DNA from: a bacterium
GTDB lineage: Bacteria; Hinthialibacterota; Hinthialibacteria; Hinthialibacterales; Hinthialibacteraceae
Assembly (NCBI GenBank): GCA_963662285.2
Contig: CAXXMV010000001.1
Location: forward strand, 192,001-256,000
Length of the DNA stretch: 64,000 nucleotides
Direction of reading: 5' to 3'
Below are positions 24,599 through 34,750 of this stretch, piece after piece; position 1 is the stretch's first letter; each line of letters begins with the position of its first letter. A program made the translations under genes and the position numbers. The notes under the pieces were generated by a model that saw nothing but the letters and a program-made list of their open reading frames with translations, was not told the DNA's origin and did not search any database.

Positions 24599-24872
24599 AG
24601 CATTTTATTCATCCATTTATTTTCGAGAAAGGATATTGATCATGAACAGTGCAGAACGATTTGAGTATTGGGTATCGATGGCCGTTGCCTTAGCACTTAT
24701 TTTGGTAGGTGCAAACTATTACCCCGGCGTCGAAAAAATCTTCTTTGAGCGGGGAGGTATTTTAATCTTTATCATTGTGGCTATTTGGATACCGTTTAGG
24801 ACTCCTTCTTCCAATGAAAAAGGAAAAAAACCGGTCTTTTTCTGGGATGATGACAACGATGAAAAGAGGTAG
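24588..24872 (+). CDS. Small two-TM membrane protein
   Basis: Two hydrophobic segments; directly follows the ATPase. Confidence 0.55.
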   Translation: MKNKAFYSSIYFRERILIMNSAERFEYWVSMAVALALILVGANYYPGVEKIFFERGGILIFIIVAIWIPFRTPSSNEKGKKPVFFWDDDNDEKR

Positions 24873-24875
24873 AAA

Positions 24876-25103
24876 ATGAATGGTTTCGATAAACAAAAAA
24901 AGATGAATTCAGAACACCGTGATTATCATAAAAAAATTGTTCTGGACAGTTTTTGCGATCCATTTGTGCGGATTGTGCAGGAAGACCAAGAGTTTTCGGA
25001 TAACTCACAACCTGGCCCATCCCGCTGGTCTATTGAAAGGAAAACATTTTATGCGATCCTCATTTTTGCTCTACTGGCACTTATACTTGTTCTTCGGCTA
25101 TAG
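24876..25103 (+). CDS. Small protein with C-terminal TM anchor
   Basis: FYAILIFALLALILVL; GAGG RBS. Confidence 0.5.
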   Translation: MNGFDKQKKMNSEHRDYHKKIVLDSFCDPFVRIVQEDQEFSDNSQPGPSRWSIERKTFYAILIFALLALILVLRL

Positions 25104-25152
25104 GAAAAACAAGTATTGTCGTGAACATTTTTTGCCATAAGCAACCATAGTT

Positions 25153-25190
25153 AACGCAGAACAGAAATTGTTCTGCGTTTTATTTTTATT
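25153..25190 (+). terminator. Rho-independent terminator
   Basis: AACGCAGAACA-gaaat-TGTTCTGCGTT followed by a T-rich tract. Confidence 0.75.
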
Positions 25191-25630
25191 TCCCAGGCTC
25201 ATATAACTCTAAAAAAGAAAATAAAATCCATCATACAACGGTCGATTCAACGAAATGACCACTAATGCAATTATTGCAAACAAGTACCCCACTCTCAGAA
25301 TGAAAAGGAAGGGGAAACTTGAAAATCAAAAACCAAATATCCGGTCCAATGGGTCGGATTCCCAATCAATAAAAGCCCTCAAGGGCTATCATGAAAACAC
25401 ATCATATCGCCCGTTCCGAAGGAACGGGCCTCAATAAATGAGTCCGAAGGACCATCATGAGGTCAAAATAAATCGCTCATCCAAAAGAACAGGTTTCAAA
25501 AAATGAGCCAATACATTCATCAATTATTCTAATATTCTGCATCATCTGTGCTGAAATAAATAAGTTCGATACACATCTATTATCCATTAATGGATCGAAC
25601 CAATAATCGTAAAAATGAAAAAAGAGGGGA

Positions 25631-25975
25631 TTATCCCCTCAATATTTTCACTTTTCGACAGAACGCCTGAACACGTTGTTGCTCCCATGGGTGAATAACA
25701 CGGGCCTTACGTTCCCGTTCAATCTCCTTATAAACCTCGGTAGCCGCACGAGGATTTATATCGCAAAACTCCTCTTGGAGATCAGGATCGCTTGCTCTTG
25801 CAAGACTCCTTTCTTGCTCAACACCGTCGAGTCCCAAATCGTCCGATTCGTCACTGCTGTTGTTGATGCTAAAACACAATTCAAATTCTCTTATATCCAT
25901 TTTCATTACCTCCGAAGGAGACCATCTTTGTTGGCTCTTCACATCTCGAAGAGCCACAAAGGAATGGACTATCAA
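25631..25975 (-). CDS. Hypothetical protein
   Basis: Acidic ORF; likely start near 25907 after GGAGGT. Confidence 0.4.
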   Translation of the reverse strand: MIVHSFVALRDVKSQQRWSPSEVMKMDIREFELCFSINNSSDESDDLGLDGVEQERSLARASDPDLQEEFCDINPRAATEVYKEIERERKARVIHPWEQQRVQAFCRKVKILRG

Positions 25976-26151
25976 ATAATCCAGCGAAATAGAAAGAGTC
26001 GGAGCGTTAAGTGGGCCACAACGATAAATGTTTCGTTCTCGACTATCAAAAATTGTGAATAAATCGAAGAACGAACCATTTACGTTTGTGGACTGCGGCT
26101 CAGACCAAACCTTAAAAATCGCGGATTCTTTGATCTATAAAGACTCAAAAA

Positions 26152-26553
26152 TCACTTTTTCTTCTCCAGATCAATTCCAACATCATGAAAGAAACGCCTG
26201 AATAAAACAAAAGATCGCTGTAACACATGTAAATCAAAAGAGATGTTCCCATCCTTCGTTTCTTCTTCCACAAGTTTCTTGTGGTAATAACTCAAAACCT
26301 TCTTTTCTAAAAGCGATGCAAACTGCGACAATCGAACAAACTCAAAAAAATCGAGAACCAGCGGTTCCCCAAGATACTTTGCATATGTTTTCTCGTAATA
26401 TCGCTTTTCCTGGTTATAGGGTTCAAGCCCGGATGAATACAATCCGGTATTGTTCGTATAGCCATTGAACTTGTCATATTTCCCTTCAATGGGAGAGTTA
26501 AAATACTTATCAATGTTGATACTCATTTTTCCATCCTCCTGTGAACCACTCAA
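26152..26553 (-). CDS. Hypothetical protein
   Basis: GGAGG RBS before ATG 26526. Confidence 0.5.
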   Translation of the reverse strand: MSGSQEDGKMSINIDKYFNSPIEGKYDKFNGYTNNTGLYSSGLEPYNQEKRYYEKTYAKYLGEPLVLDFFEFVRLSQFASLLEKKVLSYYHKKLVEEETKDGNISFDLHVLQRSFVLFRRFFHDVGIDLEKKK

Positions 26554-26618
26554 TTCGGTGGTTCTCCTATCAATGGAGAGAAACCACCGAAAAACAGTAT
26601 TCTAAGAAAACAACGCCC

Positions 26619-26912
26619 CTATTGGAGCGTTGTTTGAAGCAATTGCTCTTCTTCCAGGTTCAACTCTGGATTTCCCTCATTGAACAGATCCATGACGGAA
26701 AAAAGACTGCGCAGATCGTCTGCTTGACACCAGATTTGCTGATTGTTCCATTCACCAGTTGAGCGATTCTTCTGGCTGTATTGAATACACACCCGGAATG
26801 TTTCGATTATCCTATCGGTCTGAAATGATTCATTCCGAATTACTTTCTCTTGTTTCCAGAGACTGATCTGGAAGCGGCCATTTCGCGTTTTGTATATAGG
26901 TTTTGTTTTCAT
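26619..26912 (-). CDS. PC4-like putative ssDNA-binding protein, paralog 1
   Basis: KP...GRFQISLW...IQYS...TGEW...DDL pattern shared with the ORFs at 27753 and 61918. Confidence 0.5.
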   Translation of the reverse strand: MKTKPIYKTRNGRFQISLWKQEKVIRNESFQTDRIIETFRVCIQYSQKNRSTGEWNNQQIWCQADDLRSLFSVMDLFNEGNPELNLEEEQLLQTTLQ

Positions 26913-27036
26913 TGATTTCACCTCTTGTCCAATCGGACGTTTCTACTCAGTAAAACGTTCGATTCTAGAGAGGTGAAATATTCAATGAAACAATCCTATC
27001 AAAGAGCGTTTGACGCTTCAGCTGTGTCGTTGGAAT

Positions 27037-27357
27037 TCAGGTGGGTGAATAATGATCGGGGGAATCGGGCCCTCGTTTGAATTTATCAATTGGCAAAAAA
27101 CCCATTTCAAGGAAGATCTTATCCAAAATAGAAAATCCCTTTCGAGCGAGCCTCCATCTACAGCGCAATTCTGCGATATGATCCCGATTTGGCTTTTCAG
27201 AAAGTCTCTCTTTTCTGATCCGATTTCGAAAGTACTCATCGATTTTCTTTTCTAAATATCCTTGGCGTGAATAGCATTTCCAAAGGAAATGATGTTCAGC
27301 CATTTTTTCATTTATCTTCTTTATGATTTCATCTTCTCTTTTTTCATTCACTCTCAA
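27037..27357 (-). CDS. Hypothetical protein
   Basis: Overlaps the upstream gene stop. Confidence 0.45.
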   Translation of the reverse strand: MRVNEKREDEIIKKINEKMAEHHFLWKCYSRQGYLEKKIDEYFRNRIRKERLSEKPNRDHIAELRCRWRLARKGFSILDKIFLEMGFLPIDKFKRGPDSPDHYSPT

Positions 27358-27752
27358 TCACCTTTGTTGTGACCGATCATATTTAATGGCCGGTCGCATT
27401 CATACCTTAAGGAAAACTCTCGTCTGAGATCTTCCCAATTGTCGTCAATAAACACAAACCGATTGTTCTTTGGAACCAGCAATACTCCAAAACATTTCGA
27501 ATCAAACACAAAAAAACCTAAATGAGAGATGGCATGCGGATTATCTCTTACGTAGCATTCAATTACGTTATCTTTGGGATGAAAAAGCGTATGTCCTTTC
27601 GTTGGTTGAAGAATGTACGCTCCATCTGGGTCATCAAGGCGCCTGATCTGGTCAAATCCGGTTTCAGCAAGCGCCTGAATGGCGGGAGCCGGGAGAAAAT
27701 CAAACTCCCGGCTAATCCAATCCCCAATGGGCTCTTTTTGCTTGGATTCCAT
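27354..27752 (-). CDS. Hypothetical protein
   Basis: GAGGTGA RBS; translationally coupled. Confidence 0.5.
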   Translation of the reverse strand: MESKQKEPIGDWISREFDFLPAPAIQALAETGFDQIRRLDDPDGAYILQPTKGHTLFHPKDNVIECYVRDNPHAISHLGFFVFDSKCFGVLLVPKNNRFVFIDDNWEDLRREFSLRYECDRPLNMIGHNKGD

Positions 27753-28064
27753 TTATATCACCTCAAGCCACTCATCACCTTGCATTTCTGCGTAGTATTG
27801 ATCCGTCTCTTCAATTGGCTGCTCGGAGCGATAGTTTGATAGTTCCAGGTAAGTTTCTGCCCGCATCAAGACATAAAGCGCCTTTCGTATATCTCTTGGT
27901 TCAAATACCGTACTTGTCCGCCATTTTCCATCCTTCTTGTATCGTTTGCCAAACGATATTTGAAGGGTTCTTATCTCTTTCCCATCCTTCTTGAAACTCA
28001 CCGGAAATAACGATGCCCGGACATTTTCTCTATCAAATACCTGTACTGGTTTTTTCTTTTCCAT
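27753..28064 (-). CDS. PC4-like putative ssDNA-binding protein, paralog 2
   Basis: KPVQVF...VRASLF...ISFGKRYKKDGKWRTST...DI; acidic tail. Confidence 0.55.
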   Translation of the reverse strand: MEKKKPVQVFDRENVRASLFPVSFKKDGKEIRTLQISFGKRYKKDGKWRTSTVFEPRDIRKALYVLMRAETYLELSNYRSEQPIEETDQYYAEMQGDEWLEVI

Positions 28065-28250
28065 GTTTTCACCTCGCAACGATGGCGATACCCGATTGTC
28101 CATCGTTGCACAAAGCTTAAATAGAAGTTCATGCACTCTTTATGAGTCCTAAGTGACAACGATTTTGACCGGCTACAGAACCCGCAACATGCGCTAATCC
28201 AACAAAAAAGAGCAGCGATATATTCGAACGCTAATGGAAAGGAGACGTCT

Positions 28251-28388
28251 ATGGTGCAATACTCAAGCCCACCAATAACCGACATCTTTCAGGATTTGGA
28301 AGTTTGGGTGATTCATCACCCATTAGGAGCAGTATTGCTCGTTTTGATAGCATGGGGCCTCTGGTTCCGCAAAGATCGCGGGTATTAA
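28251..28388 (+). CDS. 45-aa single-TM peptide (below ORF-track cutoff)
   Basis: AGGAG RBS; MVQYSSPPITDIFQDLEVWVIHHPLGAVLLVLIAWGLWFRKDRGY; followed by terminator-like hairpin 28411-28449. Confidence 0.55.
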   Translation: MVQYSSPPITDIFQDLEVWVIHHPLGAVLLVLIAWGLWFRKDRGY

Positions 28389-28920
28389 CCAGTGATCTGG
28401 TCAAAATCAGGCGATGCGAGGATTCATCTTCGCATCGCTACTTTCTTTTAGGGGTGAATCTTTTGCACAAAAGATTGGGTGGGTGGGATTCAATTAATCA
28501 AAAAAAGCCGCATCAATGAATCGGCAAACTAACGCTCATTTTGTTCCATATCGTAAAAAAAAGGTCATCTTTGAACGTTTCAACGACCTCACCGTTTATT
28601 GAATCACTTATCTTGGACTTCGGGCATTCTTGGTCATCACAGTATGCGCAATCAAGGTACTCATTGTATTTAGAGCAATATTTTCCTTCACTCATTTCTT
28701 TTTTCCTTTCAAAACCAACTATCTGAATGACTTATATGGGCAACAAAATTCGCCTTCTGGAAATAGAAGAGAAAATATCCTTTCTATATACACACGGTGG
28801 CAGATGATTTTGAATAAAAAATTCTTCAAAACTCTGATCTGAAAAATATATATAGAAGGCACAAAACAATTTTTTGGTGGTATTTCTCCGATAACTTTAA
28901 AGAAAATAAGGGGTTATGTC

Positions 28921-29292
28921 ATGAATTCCGTGATTCTTTATTCCCGGTGTGGAATTACTCGTGAGGTATTCTTGATTGTCTTTTGTCCAAATCAATCAAA
29001 CGGTTACGACTTTATCGAAACGAGAAAGGCCTATAGTTCACAGAATGGAATTACAAACAACAAGAGAATAGTGATTGGGAACATGAATTGGACCAATTAT
29101 AGCGGCTGTCCCTATTGCGAAAACCTCTGGCTTGTGAAGTGTAATCGATGTAGCTACCTGACCTGTCTAGGTCATATTATTGGCAAAAATTTTGTTTGCC
29201 AGTGGTGCCTAAGTCCTGGAATTATTGATGGCGTCTTTACGGAATTGGAAGGAACTCAACAACAAATGCCAACCGGTATTACGAGGTTTTGA
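28921..29292 (+). CDS. TerY-C-like metal-binding (Zn-finger) protein
   Basis: GCPYC...KCNRC...TC...VCQWC...G pattern. Confidence 0.55.
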   Translation: MNSVILYSRCGITREVFLIVFCPNQSNGYDFIETRKAYSSQNGITNNKRIVIGNMNWTNYSGCPYCENLWLVKCNRCSYLTCLGHIIGKNFVCQWCLSPGIIDGVFTELEGTQQQMPTGITRF

Positions 29293-29295
29293 ATC

Positions 29296-29880
29296 ATGCA
29301 AACAAATATTGTAGGAGTAGAGGAATCTTGGAATCCTGTGACCGATTGTAACAAATCGAGCTTTGGAAACCAGAATAACCAGGCAGATCAAATGCCTTAC
29401 CGGCTGCAGGCTAAGGGGAAACAGGACAATTCAAAAAGATTTCAAGTGACTTGTCACAGTGCCGAACTCAAACGCCCGTTTTCGTGGAAAAATCCCCGCT
29501 TGGTGTTCGTCAATTCTACAGTTGATCTATTTCATGACGATGTCCCTTTGAATTTCATTTACGGAGCATTTCTTGTCATGTCTCATACGAGACAACACAC
29601 TTATCAAATATTGACGAAGCATTCTGAACGGCTTCTTGAACTTAACTCCGAACTTCGCTGGGAATCGAACATCTGGATGGGAGTTTGCGTGGAAGATCAA
29701 GAACATCTTTACCGGATTGAACATCTCCGTAGAACCGGTGCTACCAATAAACTTGTATCGTTCAAACCAACGTTTGAATCAGTGACAGACATTGATCTGA
29801 CCGGTATTGATTGGGTGATATCTGGTGGTGAATCCGGTCCAAGATTCCGGCCAGTAGATCGGAAGTGGGTGCGAAGATGA
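29296..29880 (+). CDS. Phage Gp37/Gp68 (DUF5131) family protein, degenerate/C-terminally truncated
   Basis: SWNPVT, FVNS..DLFH, HTYQILTK, IDWVISGGESG; lacks the usual FFFKQWG tail. Confidence 0.75.
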   Translation: MQTNIVGVEESWNPVTDCNKSSFGNQNNQADQMPYRLQAKGKQDNSKRFQVTCHSAELKRPFSWKNPRLVFVNSTVDLFHDDVPLNFIYGAFLVMSHTRQHTYQILTKHSERLLELNSELRWESNIWMGVCVEDQEHLYRIEHLRRTGATNKLVSFKPTFESVTDIDLTGIDWVISGGESGPRFRPVDRKWVRR

Positions 29881-29920
29881 AAATTGTCGGTCGTAATGTT
29901 CAAGGAAAGGATAATAAAAA

Positions 29921-30235
29921 ATGAAAAAGCAAGATATTAAATTAGGGAAATTTTATGTGGTTCGAAGAAGAGGATATCGGACAATTGCAAAAATTGTTAG
30001 AAGAATGCCAACACAAAAGATGTTTTTCTTTTCAAATCACCCTCCACGCCAATATTTACTTGTTGGCGGTTATGACTTTGCAATTGGGAAACAATTTGAG
30101 GTTTTACCTCAAAATGCTCTATGCGAAGTAACAGAACAACAAGCAAAGGACTTTGCAAAAACGAACGGGATTAAATTTGATTCTTGCCCAGAAGTAAAAC
30201 ATTACGACGAAAACCGGAAAACTTCTCTATTTTGA
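29921..30235 (+). CDS. Hypothetical protein
   Basis: ORF with AGGA RBS. Confidence 0.45.
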   Translation: MKKQDIKLGKFYVVRRRGYRTIAKIVRRMPTQKMFFFSNHPPRQYLLVGGYDFAIGKQFEVLPQNALCEVTEQQAKDFAKTNGIKFDSCPEVKHYDENRKTSLF

Positions 30236-30260
30236 TAAAAGATAAGCATTCACAAAGGAT

Positions 30261-31601
30261 TTGAAAATGACAATTCATATTCGACACGATGAAGAAAAAA
30301 TTATTTCTTCGCTTTTTTCGCATAATTCGCATGGTGAAGATGAGATTAACTTACCAAGCAAACCATCTTTATCACCCGATGCGATTCCAGGAGAACTGGG
30401 TGATTTCATCCATAGCGCCACATGTAATAGTGAAGCAAATCCGGCAGCTGTTCTTGCCACTTTTCTTGTGCGATTCAGCACTGAAATTGGAAATGGACCA
30501 CATATTTATGTTGGAGACGAACCACATTTCGCGCGTTTGTATGTGGCAATCGTTGGAACCAGTTCAAAAGCACGCAAAGGAACATCAATGGCTTCAGTTC
30601 GAAGCCTTTTTGAATTAAAGGATTGCACCCATTGCCAAATTACTCCCGGACCACTTAGCACGGGAGAAGGGCTTATTTACTCCGTACGCGATCCGATAAA
30701 CAAATGGATTCCTGGCGATTTAGCCGATGAAGGCAGATTTGAAATGATTGATCCCGGTATCGAAGATAAAAGAATCTTCGTTATTGAAGAAGAATTCGCA
30801 GCCTCTCTTGCGAACGCACAAAAAAAACAAAATACGCTAAGCCCTATTTTAAGATTACTTTGGGATAGTGGCTCATGCTCACCAATAACAAAAACCAACA
30901 AAATTTCAACAACCAATGCGCATGTTGGGATTGTTAGTCACATCACTACAACGGAATTGCACTCACGGCTTGGAAATACCGATATACACAATGGTTTTGC
31001 GAACCGGTTCATTTGGATTCTTTCATATAGAAATAAAAAAGTTTCGTTTCCCCGCTCCATCCCGGAAGATGACATGAACCGCTACAAACAGTGGTTATTT
31101 GAAACACTGAAAATCGCCCAATCAAAACAGAAAATTGAATTTAGTGAAGACGCAATCCAATTATGGGATGAGATCTATGAACAAATATCTGATGAAAAAC
31201 CGGGGATCATTGGCTCCATTTGCAATCGGGCCGAAGCTCAACTGATCCGCCTTTCTTTGATCTATGCATTAATTGACCGCAAATCAATTATTGAGCCAAA
31301 CCACATTAAATCTGCATTGGCATTTTGGAAATACGCTGAAGAATCCGTCAAATATATATTTGCCTATAAATCACAAAATTCGCTCTCTAATCGAATCATG
31401 GACTAGATGAAAGAAAAAAGAGAATCCTCGTTAACCGATATTCACGCACTTTTCCAAAGACACGAAAAAGCGGAACACATCAATCTTACAATCCAAGAAC
31501 TCGAATCAAGCGGATTTATTGAAATCGTTAAAGAACAAACCAATGGAAGGCCTAAAACCATTTTTAAATTAAGCGAAAAATGCGAAGAAAGAGATAATTG
31601 A
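30261..31601 (+). CDS. DUF3987-family helicase-like replication protein; wHTH tail separated by in-frame TAG at 31404
   Basis: IVGTSSKARKG, LSTGEGL, EEEF, NGFANRF, RLSLIYA; next ORF (GRPKTIF) starts in frame immediately after the stop. Confidence 0.7.
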
Positions 31602-32189
31602 GAACAAGTATTTTTTTCTATATGGTAATTTATGATTTATCAGCGGGTACTTCGAAATATCAAGCATTTGTAGCAGAAAACCCGTATGATGATATATTGA
31701 TAAATCCACATCGCTTGCGATTATTTTCCAAATCTGGCTTATTTTATTACTCATTGGTCTGTGTTGTGAAGGGAACTCAGCCTTGGAGTAAAAAGATAAT
31801 GTTTGAATAAAAACAAATTAGTGATGAAACATTTTGGGCCGATAATTCCTTTCTACAAGAATATTAAACCTGATTCAAATTGAACAACAACCCGTTTTCA
31901 ACAGGATTCAGTGGACTGACCATACAAAATGAGCCGAAATTGATCTTTTCTATGGCTTGGTAAATAATAACGCTTTCACTCGGATGAGGCGAATCAGGTG
32001 TGACTAACGGAAATTACCCACATACTGACCCAGGAATAGTGCTTGTATTTGGAGGCGGTTTTGAATATAAACAATCGTGAAATAGTGAGATAGTCTATGA
32101 GTTATTCATTTTCTCCTACCGTGGCGATCTTTTTCCAGGCGGTGGATTATTGAGAAGACAATTTTTTCTCGAATGTGGCGACTCTGTTC

Positions 32190-32336
32190 TCAAAATTCTC
32201 TTTGCCAGCAGTAGAAGACGGTCGGTTGTAAATTGAATTCTACTCAGACATCAGAGAACGGCTTGTGCTTCAACAGATGGCGATGAAGGATTGTCCCTTG
32301 CTTTTCCGGGGTGTAATGCTTTGTACTTTTCTTCAT
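32190..32336 (-). pseudogene. IS3-family OrfA remnant
   Basis: Manual translation MKKSTKHYTPEKQGTILHRHLL...DV*VEFNLQPTVFYCWQREF*. Confidence 0.65.
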
Positions 32337-32416
32337 GAAACTCTCCTGCATTTGAATATCTAACCCAAACCAGAGTAAAATCCATTTCCGATTGAAATGG
32401 GACAATTGAATTCTAT

Positions 32417-33954
32417 GTAACGATTTAGTTGTTTGAAGACAGTGGAGGAGGTAAAGGGGGCAATTGCCCAGTGCGGATAGCGGTTTTCAGGGCGTCCACG
32501 ACGGTGTCCACCGGATTGTAGCCGCGGCGTTTGAGTGTGCGAAAAACCGTCATCAGGATCGACTGCGCTTTCGCGCCCGCTTCGCTTTGGTTCCCCTGAA
32601 TCGTCTTGCGCATAATCACCGCCGGGCGAATTTCCCGTTCGCCGTGATTGTTGGTGGGAGGAACATCCGGATGGCTCAAAAAGACCAACAGTTCGTCCCA
32701 GTATTTTTCCAGGCGCGCGGCGATTCGTTTGACGTCCCGGTCTGCGGATTGAATCAGCATCAAATCAATCAATCGTTCGTGCAGCCGGTCGATGCGCGAT
32801 TGAAACATCTGGGGATCGTATCCTTCCCGATGGTACAATCGAAGCGCGTCGCCGAACAACCGCTTCGCTTTCTTGGAAAATTCCTTCCAATCCGCCGACG
32901 CGTTGGCTCCATCCACCTTCTTGAATTCGCGCAACAAATGCGCCAGGCAATACTGATGCGTCGAGTCGACGTGCGCGTAACACGCCCAGAAATCGCTCAC
33001 CAGAACGCCCTCGAAGGTCTCCCGAAAAAATTCGAACAGCGCCGGATCGCCCCGGCTGGGATGAATCATGTAAAACGTGGCGTCCTGGTTGGTGAAACAC
33101 CAGAGCCAGTGCGTTTTCCCGTTGACGCGCCAACCGGTTTCGTCCGCATGCAGGACCGCGCTTTCCAGCATTTCATCGATCAATTGCTCGCACCATGGTT
33201 GCAGCCAGTCGGCCAGGCGCTTCCACATGCCGAACAATCCTCCCGGAGAGACGACGGTGTTCAGGTGTTCGCTCAGGAGGTCGACGATCTGCCGGGAGGG
33301 CATTCCCAGTCCATAGTGCCAATGGGCGGACAGGGCCAACGCTCGATTTCCCAGTCGCGCGTTGGGCAGCGCGTCTTCGACTTTGGGCTCCACCAGTTTT
33401 TTGCAGTGCGGGCAATAACTGCGGGGAATTTCGTGCGCGGTGACCTCCGGTTCGATATTCGCCGGGATGTCTTCGATCACGCGGGTTCGTTTGGCTTTCT
33501 CGCTCTGGCAAGGAGTGACGGGACCTCCGCAATCCGGGCATCGTTCCAGCGGAGGATGTTGGACGGTTTTCGTGATATTGGGATTTTTCTTGCGTCCGCT
33601 TCCCGGATGGCCGGGTTTTCGCCCCCGCTTATCCTTTTTTCCCTTTTTATCTTTGGCGGGTTTCTCGTAGGGAGGAACCATCCCGGACGGGGTGCTGGCT
33701 TTCTTGGCCTCTTGGGCCGCCAGAAACTTCTTCAGGCGGAGAGCCTGTTCGAGGATAAGAAACACCGCCGCTTCCGGGTCCTCCTGGACGAGGGCGCGGA
33801 TCGCCTCTTCGTTCAGTGCCCGGACGCCCTCCAGGATTTCCCGGAGGATTCTCTGAGCGGTCTCTCGGTTTCGGTTCATACTACTACTAACTTCGAAACC
33901 GCCTCCGAAGTAACGCTTGGTGTAATTTATTTTTTCAGAAAACTAAATCGTTAC
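32417..33954 (-). mobile_element. IS66-family element with a single transposase (32425-33879)
   Basis: 14-bp perfect TIR GTAACGATTTAGTT; 8-bp TSD AATTCTAT (32409-32416, 33955-33962); HADETGW, SDFW, TNNHGEREIR; high GC. Confidence 0.95.
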
Positions 33955-34231
33955 AATTCTATTACAACCGATAGCGACTATACTCTGCATTGAGTTATCT
34001 ATGCCCAGTGGAGTACAAAAACGCTATTTGTTCCACTTTTTTTGTTCACGGCAATGGGGTAAATTCATTCCCTTTTACTAAAGACTCATGGAAACTGAAT
34101 ATGGACTTAAAGAGATTGCATCTAATCATTTAGGCTAGACAAGACTAATGTTTGTATGAGAAAATTGGATTTAATGGAGAAGATAAGAAAATTACTCACT
34201 TTAAATAGAGAATTTTGTTAATCAAAAAATA

Positions 34232-34750
34232 ATGAGGGCAAAACCAATGGAATTGAAATCTTTAGTTACAATTAATGAATTCGAAATGCTATCAAGCATT
34301 GATCCTATTCCAAGTAATGGACTGCTTGTGATTCTTTTGATGAGTGAATGGGATACACCTGTTAATCGTTGGTTAAATAGACATGTAAATATATTTGCTG
34401 ATAAAATTAAAGATAATTTATTCATGCCTATCCAAAATAATGAGTTAAGAAAAAAACTTCGTGATTTACTGAATACAACAGAAAATGATGAACCAATTAT
34501 GATATTAACTCCTATACATCCATCTAATTGGGAGACACAACTATCCAACCAAAGAGGTGTACAAATTAGGCTTGGTTATGTTCGTGATGAGAATGAGTTA
34601 ATAAAATTTTTGAAGAAACTAACCGAAATAATTTGCAGTACTTCTGATAACAAATTAGAAGATATTGCCTTTTCATCCAAGGTTCACCGAATTATAAGTT
34701 TTTGTAAAAAAATACCAGTTCTAGGTATTTTAGGAGTAGCATTATCATGA
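34232..34750 (+). CDS. Hypothetical protein with hydrophobic C-terminal tail
   Basis: AT-rich ORF, ATGA-coupled to the next gene. Confidence 0.6.
   Translation: MRAKPMELKSLVTINEFEMLSSIDPIPSNGLLVILLMSEWDTPVNRWLNRHVNIFADKIKDNLFMPIQNNELRKKLRDLLNTTENDEPIMILTPIHPSNWETQLSNQRGVQIRLGYVRDENELIKFLKKLTEIICSTSDNKLEDIAFSSKVHRIISFCKKIPVLGILGVALS

Noticed and set aside
12702-31406. Stop-codon reassignment suggested by in-frame stops (TAA 12702, TAG 31404)
   Set aside because: The two stops are different codons, and TAA, TAG and TGA all end intact genes in this window. Decay or sequencing error is simpler.
13816-31601. Prophage
   Set aside because: Integrase, xis and DUF5131 are present, but no terminase, capsid, tail or lysis genes were recognised.
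32464-33993. 509-aa plus-strand ORF
   Set aside because: Antisense shadow of the GC-rich IS66 transposase; no motifs, and it runs past the IS end.
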